Source: Auanema rhodensis | Lineage: Eukaryota; Animalia; Nematoda | Assembly (NCBI GenBank): GCA_964057225.1 | Contig: OZ059900.1 | Location: forward strand, 18,600,001-18,664,000 | Direction: 5' to 3' | DNA length: 64,000 nucleotides | Part shown: positions 12,201 through 26,100 of the stretch, piece by piece | Numbering within the stretch: the first letter of the stretch is position 1 | How the letters are laid out: every line of letters starts with the position of its first letter | The notes under the pieces: model-generated | Seen by the model: the letters and a program-made list of their open reading frames with translations, nothing else | Told to the model about the DNA's origin: nothing | Databases searched by the model: none | Program-made: the position numbers and the translations under genes

Positions 12201-15048
12201 AAATGAAGCATTTTACATGCTGAACACTAGAAGAATACAAAAACACAGTATTTCCCATGAGAAATATTTTATTATGCTGGAAAACCAGTTTTTGGAAATT
12301 TCGCTGTAAACAAGGTTTTGACTTACGATTTCATGTGTTCAAACTCATGCAATGTCAATGAAACCTAGCTCAAAATTGTTCGTACAACGTCTAGTTCCAC
12401 TTTCACGACAAAAAAACAGGGGTTAGAAAATTAAGGAAATTAGCATATTCTGAGGGCACGCCCCTTATGGCTAATATTGATTAAATCGATTTTTGTTCAT
12501 ATGAGTCGTCAAATGCAACGAATTTCAGCGTGTTACATACTAAAATGAAGCATTTTACATGCTGAACACTAGAAGAATACAAAAACACAGTATTTCCCAT
12601 GAGAAATATTTTATTATGCTGGAAAACCAGTTTTTGGAAATTTCGCTGTAAACAAGGTTTTGACTTACGATTTCATGTGTTCAAACTCATGCAATGTCAA
12701 TGAAACCTAGCTCAAAATTGTTCGTACAACGTCTAGTTCCACTTTCACGACAAAAAAACAGGGGTTAGAAAATTAAGGAAATTTGCATATTCTGAGGGCA
12801 CGCCCCTTATGGCTAATATTGATTAAATCGATTTTTGTTCATATGAGTCGTCAAATGCAACGAATTTCAGCGTGTTACATACTAAAATGAAGCATTTTAC
12901 ATGCTGAACACTAGAAGAATACAAAAACACAGTATTTCCCATGAGAAATATTTTATTATGCTGGAAAACCAGTTTTTGGAAATTTCGCTGTAAACAAGGT
13001 TTTGACTTACGATTTCATGTGTTCAAACTCATGCAATGTCAATGAAACCTAGCTCAAAATTGTTCGTACAACGTCTAGTTCCACTTTCACGACAAAAAAA
13101 CAGGGATTAGAAAATTAAGGAAATTAGCATATTCTGAGGGTACGCCCCTTATGGCTAATATTGATTAAATCGATTTTTGTTCATATGAGTCGTCAAATGC
13201 AACGAATTTCAGCGTGTTACATACTAAAATAAAGCATTTTACATGCTGAACACTAGAAGAATACAAAAACACAGTATTTCCCATGAGAAATATTTTATTA
13301 TGCTGGAAAACCAGTTTTTGGAAATTTCGCTGTAAACAAGGTTTTGACTTACGATTTCATGTGTTCAAACTCATGCAATGTCAATGAAACCTAGCTCAAA
13401 ATTGTTCGTACAACGTCTAGTTCCACTTTCACGACAAAAAAACAGGGGTTAGAAAATTAAGGAAATTAGCATATTCTGAGGGCACGCCCCTTATGGCTAA
13501 TATTGATTAAATCGATTTTTGTTCATATGAGTCGTCAAATGCAACGAATTTCAGCGTGTTACATACTAAAATGAAGCATTTTACATGCTGAACACTAAAA
13601 GAATACAAAAACACAGTATTTCCCATGAGAAATATTTTATTATGCTGGAAAACCAGTTTTTGGAAATTTCGCTGTAAACAAGGTTTTGACTTACGATTTC
13701 ATGTGTTCAAACTCATGCAATGTCAATGAAACCTAGCTCAAAATTGTTCGTACAACGTCTAGTTCCACTTTCACGACAAAAAAACAGGGGTTAGAAAATT
13801 AAGGAAATTAGCATATTCTGAGGGCACGCCCCTTATGGCTAATATTGATTAAATCGATTTTTGTTCATATGAGTCGTCAAATGCAACGAATTTCAGCGTG
13901 TTACATACTAAAATGAAGCATTTTACATGCTGAACACTAGAAAAAAACAAAAACACAGTATTTCCCATGAGAAATATTTTATTATGCTGGAAAACCAGTT
14001 TTTGGAAATTTCGCTGTAAACAAGGTTTTGACTTACGATTTCATGTGTTCAAACTCATGCAATGTCAATGAAACCTAGCTCAAAATTGTTCGTACAACGT
14101 CTAGTTCCACTTTCACGACAAAAAAACAGGGGTTAGAAAATTAAGGAAATTAGCATATTCTGAGGGCACGCCCCTTATGGCTAATATTGATTAAATCGAT
14201 TTTTGTTCATATGAGTCGTCAAATGCAACGAATTTCAGCGTGTTACATACTAAAATGAAGCATTTTACATGCTGAACACTAGAAAAATACAAAAACACAG
14301 TATTTCCCATGAGAAATATTTTATTATGCTGGAAAACCAGTTTTTGGAAATTTCGCTGTAAACAAGGTTTTGACTTACGATTTCATGTGTTCAAACTCAT
14401 GCAATGTCAATGAAACCTAGCTCAAAATTGTTCGTACAACGTCTAGTTCCACTTTCACGACAAAAAAACAGGGGTTAGAAAATTAAGGAAATTAGCATAT
14501 TCTGAGGGCACGCCCCTTATGGCTAATATTGATTAAATCGATTTTTGTTCATATGAGTCGTCAAATGCAACGAATTTCAGCGTGTTACATACTAAAATGA
14601 AGCATTTTACATGCTGAACACTAGAAAAATACAAAAACACAGTATTTCCCATGAGAAATATTTTATTATGCTGGAAAACCAGTTTTTGGAAGTTTCGCTG
14701 TAAACAAGGTTTTGACTTACGATTTCATGTGTTCAAACTCATGCAATGTCAATGAAACCTAGCTCAAACTTGTTCGTACAACGTCTAGTTCCACTTTCAC
14801 GACAAAAAAACAGGGGTTAGAAAATTAAGGAAATTAGCATATTCTGAGGGCACGCCCCTTATGGCTAATATTGATTAAATCGATTTTTGTTCATATGAGT
14901 CGTCAAATGCAACGAATTTCAGCGTGTTACATACTAAAATGAAGCATTTTACATGCTGAACACTAGAAAAATACAAAAACACAGTATTTCCCATGAGAAA
15001 TATTTTATTATGCTGGAAAACCAGTTTTTGGAAATTTCGCTGTAAACA
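9235..15048 (+). repeat. Higher-order duplication with 9-monomer (3078 bp) period: M28-35 / M37-44
   Basis: The same ordered variants occur twice: A130T; G110A+C145T+G235A; G260A; T266A; plain; A328G; A63C. C145T (gggtacg) occurs only at 10063 and 13141, 3078 bp apart. Confidence 0.9.
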
Positions 15049-18000
15049 AGGTTTTGACTTACGATTTCATGTGTTCAAACTCATGCAATGTCAATGAAAC
15101 CTAGCTCAAAATTGTTCGTACAACGTCTAGTTCCACTTTCACGACAAAAAAACAGGGGTTAGAAAATTAAGGAAATTAGCATATTCTGAGGGCACGCCCC
15201 TTATGGCTAATATTGATTAAATCGATTTTTGTTCATATGAGTCGTCAAATGCAACGAATTTCAGCGTGTTACATACTAAAATGAAGCATTTTACATGCTG
15301 AACACTAGAAAAATACAAAAACACAGTATTTCCCATGAGAAATATTTTATTATGCTGGAAAACCAGTTTTTGGAAATTTCGCTGTAAACAAGGTTTTGAC
15401 TTACGATTTCATGTGTTCAAACTCATGCAATGTCAATGAAACCTAGCTCAAAATTGTTCGTACAACGTCTAGTTCCACTTTCACGACAAATAAACAGGGG
15501 TTAGAAAATTAAGGAAATTAGCATATTCTGAGGGCACGCCCCTTATGGCTAATATTGATTAAATCGATTTTTGTTCATATGAGTCGTCAAATGCAACGAA
15601 TTTCAGCGTGTTACATACTAAAATGAAGCATTTTACATGCTGAACACTAGAAAAATACAAAAACACAGTATTTCCCATGAGAAATATTTTATTATGCTGG
15701 AAAACCAGTTTTTGGAAATTTCGCTGTAAACAAGGTTTTGACTTACGATTTCATGTGTTCAAACTCATGCAATGTCAATGAAACCTAGCTCAAAACTGTT
15801 CGTACAACGTCTAGTTCCACTTTCACGACAAAAAAACAGGGGTTAGAAAATTAAGGAAATTAGCATATTCTGAGGGCACGCCCCTTATGGCTAATATTGA
15901 TTAAATCGATTTTTGTTCATATGAGTCGTCAAATGCAACGAATTTCAGCGTGTTACATACTAAAATGAAGCATTTCACATGCTGAACACTAGAAAAATAC
16001 AAAAACACAGTATTTCCTATGAGAAATATTTTATTATGCTGGAAAACCAGTTTTTGGAAATTTCGCTGTAAACAAGGTTTTGACTTACGATTTCATGTGT
16101 TCAAACTCATGCAATGTCAATGAAACCTAGCTCAAAACTGTTCGTACAACGTCTAGTTCCACTTTCACGACAAAAAAACAGGGGTTAGAAAATTAAGGAA
16201 ATTAGCATATTCTGAGGGCACGCCCCTTATGGCTAATATTGATTAAATCGATTTTTGTTCATATGAGTCGTCAAATGCAACGAATTTCAGCGTGTTACAT
16301 ACTAAAATGAAGCATTTTACATGCTGAACACTAGAAAAATACAAAAACACAGTATTTCCCATGAGAAATATTTTATTATGCTGGAAAACCAGTTTTTGGA
16401 AATTTCGCTGTAAACAAGGTTTTGACTTACGATTTCATGTGTTCAAACTCATGCAATGTCAATGAAACCTAGCTCAAAATTGTTCGTACAACGTCTAGTT
16501 CCACTTTCACGACAAAAAAACAGGGGTTAGAAAATTAAGGAAATTAGCATATTCTGAGGGCACGCCCCTTATGGCTAATATTGATTAAACCGATTTTTGT
16601 TCATATGAGTCGTCAAATGCAACGAATTTCAGCGTGTTACATACTAAAATGAAGCATTTTACATGCTGAACACTAGAAGAATACAAAAACACAGTATTTC
16701 CCATGAGAAATATTTTATTATGCTGGAAAACCAGTTTTTGGAAATTTCGCTGTAAACAAGGTTTTGACTTACGATTTCATGTGTTCAAACTCATGCAATG
16801 TTAATGAAACCTAGCTCAAAATTGTTCGTACAACGTCTAGTTCCACTTTCACGACAAAAAAACAGGGGTTAGAAAATTAAGGAAATTAGCATATTCTGAG
16901 GGCACGCCCCTTATGGCTAATATTGATTAAATCGATTTTTGTTCATATGAGTCGTCAAATGCAACGAATTTCAGCGTGTTACATACTAAAATGAAGCATT
17001 TTACATGCTGAACACTAGAAAAATACAAAAACACAGTATTTCCCATGAGAAATATTTTATTATGCTGGAAAACCAGTTTTTGGAAATTTCGCTGTAAACA
17101 AGGTTTTGACTTACGATTTCATGTGTTCAAACTCATGCAATATCAATGAAACCTAGCTCAAAATTGTTCGTACAACGTCTAGTTCCACTTTCACGACAAA
17201 AAAACAGGGGTTAGAAAATTAAGGAAATTAGCATATTCTGAGGGCACGCCCCTTATGGCTAATATTGATTAAATCGATTTTTGTTCATATGAGTCGTCAA
17301 ATGCAACGAATTTCAGCGTGTTACATACTAAAATGAAGCATTTTACATGCTGAACACTAGAAAAATACAAAAACACAGTATTTCCCATGAGAAATATTTT
17401 ATTATGCTGGAAAACCAGTTTTTGGAAATTTCGCTGTAAACAAGGTTTTGACTTACGATTTCATGTGTTCAAACTCATGCAATGTCAATGAAACCTAGCT
17501 CAAAATTGTTCGTACAACGTCTAGTTCCACTTTCACGACAAAAAAACAGGGGTTAGAAAATTAAGGAAATTAGCATATTCTGAGGGCACGCCCCTTATGG
17601 CTAATATTGATTAAATCGATTTTTGTTCATATGAGTCGTCAAATGCAACGAATTTCAGCGTGTTACATACTAAAATGAAGCATTTTACATGCTGAACACT
17701 AGAAAAATACAAAAACACAGTATTTCCCATGAGAAATATTTTATTATGCTGGAAAACCAGTTTTTGGAAATTTCGCTGTAAACAAGGTTTTGACTTACGA
17801 TTTCATGTGTTCAAACTCATGCAATGTCAATGAAACCTAGCTCAAAATTGTTCGTACAACGTCTTGTTCCACTTTCACGACAAAAAAACAGGGGTTAGAA
17901 AATTAAGGAAATTAGCATATTATGAGGGCACGCCCCTTATGGCTAATATTGATTAAATCGATTTTTGTTCATATGAGTCGTCAAATGCAACGAATTTCAG

Positions 18001-20178
18001 CGTGTTACATACTAAAATGAAGCATTTTACATGCTGAACACTAGAAGAATACAAAAACACAGTATTTCCCATGAGAAATATTTTATTATGCTGGAAAACC
18101 AGTTTTTGGAAATTTCGCTGTAAACAAGGTTTTGACTTACGATTTCATGTGTTCAAACTCATGCAATGTCAATGAAACCTAGCTCAAAATTGTTCGTACA
18201 ACGTCTAGTTCCACTTTCACGACAAAAAAACAGGGGTTAAAAAATTAAGGAAATTAGCATATTCTGAGGGCACGCCCCTTATGGCTAATATTGATTAAAT
18301 CGATTTTTGTTCATATGAGTCGTCAAATGCAACGAATTTCAGCGTGTTACATACTAAAATGAAGCATTTTACATGCTGAACACTAGAAAAATACAAAAAC
18401 ACAGTATTTCCCATGAGAAATATTTTATTATGCTGGAAAACCAGTTTTTGGAAATTTCGCTGTAAACAAGGTTTTGACTTACGATTTCATGTGTTCAAAC
18501 TCATGCAATGTCAATGAAACCTAGCTCAAAATTGTTCGTACAACGTCTAGTTCCACTTTCACGACAAAAAAACAGGGGTTAGAAAATTAAGGAAATTAGC
18601 ATATTCTGAGGGCACGCCCCTTATGGCTAATATTGATTAAATCGATTTTTGTTCATATGAGTCGTCAAATGCAACGAATTTCAGCGTGTTACATACTAAA
18701 ATGAAGCATTTTACATGCTGAACACTAGAAGAATACAAAAACACAGTATTTCCCATGAGAAATATTTTATTATGCTGGAAAACCAGTTTTTGGAAATTTC
18801 GCTGTAAACAAGGTTTTGACTTACGATTTCATGTGTTCAAACTCATGCAATGTCAATGAAACCTAGCTCAAAATTGTTCGTACAACGTCTAGTTCCACTT
18901 TCACGACAAAAAAACAGGGGTTAAAAAATTAAGGAAATTAGCATATTCTGAGGGCACGCCCCTTATGGCTAATATTGATTAAATCGATTTTTGTTCATAT
19001 GAGTCGTCAAATGCAACGAATTTCAGCGTGTTACATACTAAAATGAAGCATTTTACATGCTGAACACTAGAAAAATACAAAAACACAGTATTTCCCATGA
19101 GAAATATTTTATTATGCTGGAAAACCAGTTTTTGGAAATTTCGCTGTAAACAAGGTTTTGACTTACGATTTCATGTGTTCAAACTCATGCAATGTCAATG
19201 AAACCTAGCTCAAAATTGTTCGTACAACGTCTAGTTCCACTTTCACGACAAAAAAACAGGGGTTAGAAAATTAAGGAAATTAGCATATTCTGAGGGCACG
19301 CCCCTTATGGCTAATATTGATTAAATCGATTTTTGTTCATATGAGTCGTCAAATGCAACGAATTTCAGCGTGTTACATACTAAAATGAAGCATTTTACAT
19401 GCTGAACACTAGAAGAATACAAAAACACAGTATTTCCCATGAGAAATATTTTATTATGCTGGAAAACCAGTTTTTGGAAATTTCGCTGTAAACAAGGTTT
19501 TGACTTACGATTTCATGTGTTCAAACTCATGCAATGTCAATGAAACCTAGCTCAAAATTGTTCGTACAACGTCTAGTTCCACTTTCACGACAAAAAAACA
19601 GGGGTTAGAAAATTAAGGAAATTAGCATATTCTGAGGGCACGCCCCTTATGGCTAATATTGATTAAATCGATTTTTGTTCATATGAGTCGTCAAATGCAA
19701 CGAATTTCAGCGTATTACATACTAAAATGAAGCATCTTACATGCTGAACACTAGAAAAATACAAAAACACAGTATTTCCCATGAGAAATATTTTATTATG
19801 CTGGAAAACCAGTTTTTGGAAATTTCGCTGTAAACAAGGTTTTGACTTACGATTTCATGTGTTCAAACTCATGTAATGTCAATGAAACCTAGCTCAAAAT
19901 TGTTCGTACAACGTCTAGTTCCACTTTCACGACAAAAAAACAGGGGTTAGAAAATTAAGGAAATTAGCATATTCTGAGGGCACGCCCCTTATGGCTAATA
20001 TTGATTAAATCGATTTTTGTTCATATGAGTCGTCAAATGCAACGAATTTCAGCGTGTTACATACTAAAATGAAGCATTTTACATGCTGAACACTAGAAAA
20101 ATACAAAAACACAGTATTTCCCATGAGAAATATTTTATTATGCTGGAAAACCAGTTTTTGGAAATTTCGCTGTAAACA

Positions 20179-23100
20179 AGGTTTTGACTTACGATTTCAT
20201 GTGTTCAAACTCATGCAATGTCAATGAAACCTAGCTCAAAATTGTTCGTACAACGTCTAGTTCCACTTTCACGACAAAAAAACAGGGGTTAGAAAATTAA
20301 AGAAATTAGCATATTCTGAGGGCACGCCCCTTATGGCTAATATTGATTAAATCGATTTTTGTTCATATGAGTCGTCAAATGCAACGAATTTCAGCGTGTT
20401 ACATACTAAAATGAAGCATTTTACATGCTAAACACTAGAAAAATACAAAAACACAGTATTTCCCATGAGAAATATTTTATTATGCTGGAAAACCAGTTTT
20501 TGGAAATTTCGCTGTAAACAAGGTTTTGACTTACGATTTCATGTGTTCAAACTCATGCAATGTCAATGAAACCTAGCTCAAAATTGTTCGTACAACGTCT
20601 AGTTCCACTTTCACGACAAAAAACAGGGGTTAGAAAATTAAGGAAATTAGCATATTCTGAGGGCACGCCCCTTATGGCTAATATTGATTAAATCGATTTT
20701 TGTTCATATGAGTCGTCAAATGCAACGAATTTCAGCGTGTTACATACTAAAATGAAGCATTTTACATGCTGAACACTAGAAAAATACAAAAACACAGTAT
20801 TTCCCATGAGAAATATTTTATTATGCTGGAAAACCAGTTTTTGGAAATTTCGCTGTAAACAAGGTTTTGACTTACGATTTCATGTGTTCAAACTCATGTA
20901 ATGTCAATGAAACCTAGCTCAAAATTGTTCGTACAACGTCTAGTTCCACTTTCACGACAAAAAAACAGGGGTTAGAAAATTAAGGAAATTAGCATATTCT
21001 GAGGGCACGCCCCTTATGGCTAATATTGATTAAATCGATTTTTGTTCATATGAGTCGTCAAATGCAACGAATTTCAGCGTGTTACATACTAAAATGAAGC
21101 ATTTTACATGCTAAACACTAGAAAAATACAAAAACACAGTATTTCCCATGAGAAATATTTTATTATGCTGGAAAACCAGTTTTTGGAAATTTCGCTGTAA
21201 ACAAAGTTTTGACTTACGATTTCATGTGTTCAAACTCATAATGTCAATGAAACCTAGCTCAAAATTGTTCGTACAACGTCTAGTTCCACTTTCACGACAA
21301 AAAAACAGGGGTTAGAAAATTAAGGAAATTAACATATTCTGAGGGCACGCCCCTTATGGCTAATATTGATTAAATCGATTTTTGTTCATATGAGTCGTCA
21401 AATGCAACGAATTTCAGCGTGTTACATACTAAAATGAAGCATTTTACATGCTGAACACTAGAAAAATACAAAAACACAGTATTTCCCATGAGAAATATTT
21501 TATTATGCTGGAAAACCAGTTTTTGGAAATTTCGCTGTAAACAAGGTTTTGACTTACGATTTCATGTGTTCAAACTCATGCAATGTCAATGAAACCTAGC
21601 TCAAAATTGTTCGTACAACGTCTAGTTCCACTTTCACGACAAAAAAACAGGGGTTAGAAAATTAAGGAAATTAGCATATTCTGAGGGCACGCCCCTTATG
21701 GCTAATATTGATTAAATCGATTTTTGTTCATATGAGTCGTCAAATGCAACGAATTTCAGCGTGTTACATACTAAAATGAAGCATTTTACATGCTGAACAC
21801 TAGAAAAATACAAAAACACAGTATTTCCCATGAGAAATATTTTATTATGCTGGAAAACCAGTTTTTGGAAATTTCGCTGTAAACAAGGTTTTGACTTACG
21901 ATTTCATGTGTTCAAACTCATGTAATGTCAATGAAACCTAGCTCAAAATTGTTCGTACAACGTCTAGTTCCACTTTCACGACAAAAAAACAGGGGTTAGA
22001 AAATTAAGGAAATTAGCATATTCTGAGGGCACGCCCCTTATGGCTAATATTGATTAAATCGATTTTTGTTCATATGAGTCGTCAAATGCAACGAATTTCA
22101 GCGTGTTACATACTAAAATGAAGCATTTTACATGCTAAACACTAGAAAAATACAAAAACACAGTATTTCCCATGAGAAATATTTTATTATGCTGGAAAAC
22201 CAGTTTTTGGAAATTTCGCTGTAAACAAAGTTTTGACTTACGATTTCATGTGTTCAAACTCATGCAATGTCAATGAAACCTAGCTCAAAATTGTTTGTAC
22301 AACGTCTAGTTCCACTTTCACGACAAAAAAACAGGGGTTAGAAAATTAAGGAAATTAGCATATTCTGAGGGCACGCCCCTTATGGCTAATATTGATTAAA
22401 TCGATTTTTGTTCATATGAGTCGTCAAATGCAACGAATTTCAGCGTGTTACATACTAAAATGAAGCATTTTACATGCTGAACACTAGAAAAATACAAAAA
22501 CACAGTATTTCCTATGAGAAATATTTTATTATGCTGGAAAACCAGTTTTTGGAAATTTCGCTGTAAACAAGGTTTTGACTTACGATTTCATGTGTTCAAA
22601 CTCATGCAATGTCAATGAAACCTAGCTCAAAATTGTTCGTACAACGTCTAGTTCCACTTTCACGACAAAAAAACAGGGGTTAGAAAATTAAGGAAATTAG
22701 CATATTCTGAGGGCACGCCCCTTATGGCTAATATTGATTAAATCGATTTTTGTTCATATGAGTCGTCAAATGCAACGAATTTCAGCGTGTTACATACTAA
22801 AATGAAGCATTTTACATGCTGAACACTAGAAAAATACAAAAACACAGTATTTCCCATGAGAAATATTTTATTATGCTGGAAAACCAGTTTTTGGAAATTT
22901 CGCTGTAAACAAGGTTTTGACTTACGATTTCATGTGTTCAAACTCATGCAATGTCAATGAAACCTAGCTCAAAATTGTTCGTACAACGTCTAGTTCCACT
23001 TTCACGACAAAAAAACAGGGGTTAGAAAATTAAGGAAATTAGCATATTCTGAGGGCACGCCCCTTATGGCTAATATTGATTAAATCGATTTTTGTTCATA

Positions 23101-26100
23101 TGAGTCGTCAAATGCAACGAATTTCAGCGTGTTACATACTAAAATGAAGCATTTTACATGCTGAACACTAGAAAAATACAAAAACACAGTATTTCCCATG
23201 AGAAATATTTTATTATGCTGGAAAACCAGTTTTTGGAAATTTCGCTGTAAACAAGGTTTTGACTTACGATTTCATGTGTTCAAACTCATGCAATGTCAAT
23301 GAAACCTAGCTCAAAATTGTTCGTACAACGTCTAGTTCCACTTTCACGACAAAAAAACAGGGGTTAGAAAATTAAGGAAATTAGCATATTCTGAGGGCAC
23401 GCCCCTTATGGCTAATATTGATTAAATCGATTTTTGTTCATATGAGTCGTCAAATGCAACGAATTTCAGCGTGTTACATACTAAAATGAAGCATTTTACA
23501 TGCTGAACACTAGAAAAATACAAAAACACAGTATTTCCCATGAGAAATATTTTATTATGCTGGAAAACCAGTTTTTGGAAATTTCGCTGTAAACAAGGTT
23601 TTGACTTACGATTTCATGTGTTCAAACTCATGCAATGTCAATGAAACCTAGCTCAAAATTGTTCGTACAACGTCTAGTTCCACTTTCACGACAAAAAAAC
23701 AAGGGTTAGAAAATTAAGGAAATTAGCATATTCTGAGGGCACGCCCCTTATGGCTAATATTGATTAAATCGATTTTTGTTCATATGAGTCGTCAAATGCA
23801 ACGAATTTCAGCGTGTTACATACTAAAATGAAGCATTTTACATGCTGAACACTAGAAAAATACAAAAACACAGTATTTCCCATGAGAAATATTTTATTAT
23901 GCTGGAAAACCAGTTTTTGGAAATTTCGCTGTAAACAAGGTTTTGACTTACGATTTCATGTGTTCAAACTCATGCAATGTCAATGAAACCTAGCTCAAAA
24001 TTGTTCGTACAACGTCTAGTTTCACTTTCACGACAAAAAAACAGGGGTTAGAAAACTAAGGAAATTAGCATATTCTGAGGGCACGCCCCTTATGGCTAAT
24101 ATTGATTAAATCGATTTTTGTTCATATGAGTCGTCAAATGCAACGAATTTCAGCGTGTTACATACTAAAATGAAGCATTTTACATGCTGAACACTAGAAA
24201 AATACAAAAACACAGTATTTCCCATGAGAAATATTTTATTATGCTGGAAAACCAGTTTTTGGAAATTTCGCTGTAAACAAGGTTTTGACTTACGATTTCA
24301 TGTGTTCAAACTCATGCAATGTCAATGAAACCTAGCTCAAAATTGTTCGTACAACGTCTAGTTTCACTTTCACGACAAAAAAACAGGGGTTAGAAAACTA
24401 AGGAAATTAGCATATTCTGAGGGCACGCCCCTTATGGCTAATATTGATTAAATCGATTTTTGTTCATATGAGTCGTCAAATGCAACGAATTTCAGCGTGT
24501 TACATACTAAAATGAAGCATTTTACATGCTGAACACTAGAAAAATACAAAAACACAGTATTTCCCATGAGAAATATTTTATTATGCTGGAAAACCAGTTT
24601 TTGGAAATTTCGCTGTAAACAAGGTTTTGACTTACGATTTCATGTGTTCAAACTCATGCAATGTCAATGAAACCTAGCTCAAAATTGTTTGTACAACGTC
24701 TAGTTCCACTTTCACGACAAAAAAACAGGGGTTAGAAAATTAAGGAAATTAGCATATTCTGAGGGCACGCCCCTTATGGCTAATATTGATTAAATCGATT
24801 TTTGTTCATATGAGTCGTCAAATGCAACGAATTTCAGCGTGTTACATACTAAAATGAAGCATTTTACATGCTGAACACTAGAAAAATACAAAAACACAGT
24901 ATTTCCCATGAGAAATATTTTATTATGCTGGAAAACCAGTTTTTGGAAATTTCGCTGTAAACAAGGTTTTGACTTACGATTTCATGTGTTCAAACTCATG
25001 CACTGTCAATGAAACCTAGCTCAAAATTGTTCGTACAACGTCTAGTTCCACTTTCACGACAAAAAAACAGGGGTTAGAAAATTAAGGAAATTAGCATATT
25101 CTGAGGGCACGCCCCTTATGGCTAATATTGATTAAATCGATTTTTGTTCATATGAGTCGTCAAATGCAACGAATTTCAGCGTGTTACATACTAAAATGAA
25201 GCATTTTACATGCTGAACACTAGAAAAATACAAAAACACAGTATTTCCTATGAGAAATATTTTATTATGCTGGAAAACCAGTTTTTGGAAATTTCGCTGT
25301 AAACAAGGTTTTGACTTACGATTTCATGTGTTCAAACTCATGCAATGTCAATGAAACCTAGCTCAAAATTGTTCGTACAACGTCTAGTTCCACTTTCACG
25401 ACAAAAAAACAGGGGTTAGAAAATTAAGGAAATTAGCATATTCTGAGGGCACGCCCCTTATGGCTAATATTGATTAAATCGATTTTTGTTCATATGAGTC
25501 GTCAAATGCAACGAATTTCAGCGTGTTACATACTAAAATGAAGCATTTTACATGCTGAACACTAGAAAAATACAAAAACACAGTATTTCCCATGAGAAAT
25601 ATTTTATTATGCTGGAAAACCAGTTTTTGGAAATTTCGCTGTAAACAAGGTTTTGACTTACGATTTCATGTGTTCAAACTCATGCAATGTCAATGAAACC
25701 TAGCTCAAAATTGTTCGTACAACGTCTAGTTCCACTTTCACGACAAAAAAACAGGGGTTAGAAAATTAAGGAAATTAGCATATTCTGAGGGCACGCCCCT
25801 TATGGCTAATATTGATTAAATCGATTTTTGTTCATATGAGTCGTCAAATGCAACGAATTTCAGCGTGTTACATACTAAAATGAAGCATTTTACATGCTGA
25901 ACACTAGAAAAATACAAAAACACAGTATTTCCCATGAGAAATATTTTATTATGCTGGAAAACCAGTTTTTGGAAATTTCGCTGTAAACAAGGTTTTGACT
26001 TACGATTTCATGTGTTCAAACTCATGCAATGTCAATGAAACCTAGCTCAAAATTGTTCGTACAACGTCTAGTTCCACTTTCACGACAAAAAAACAAGGGT

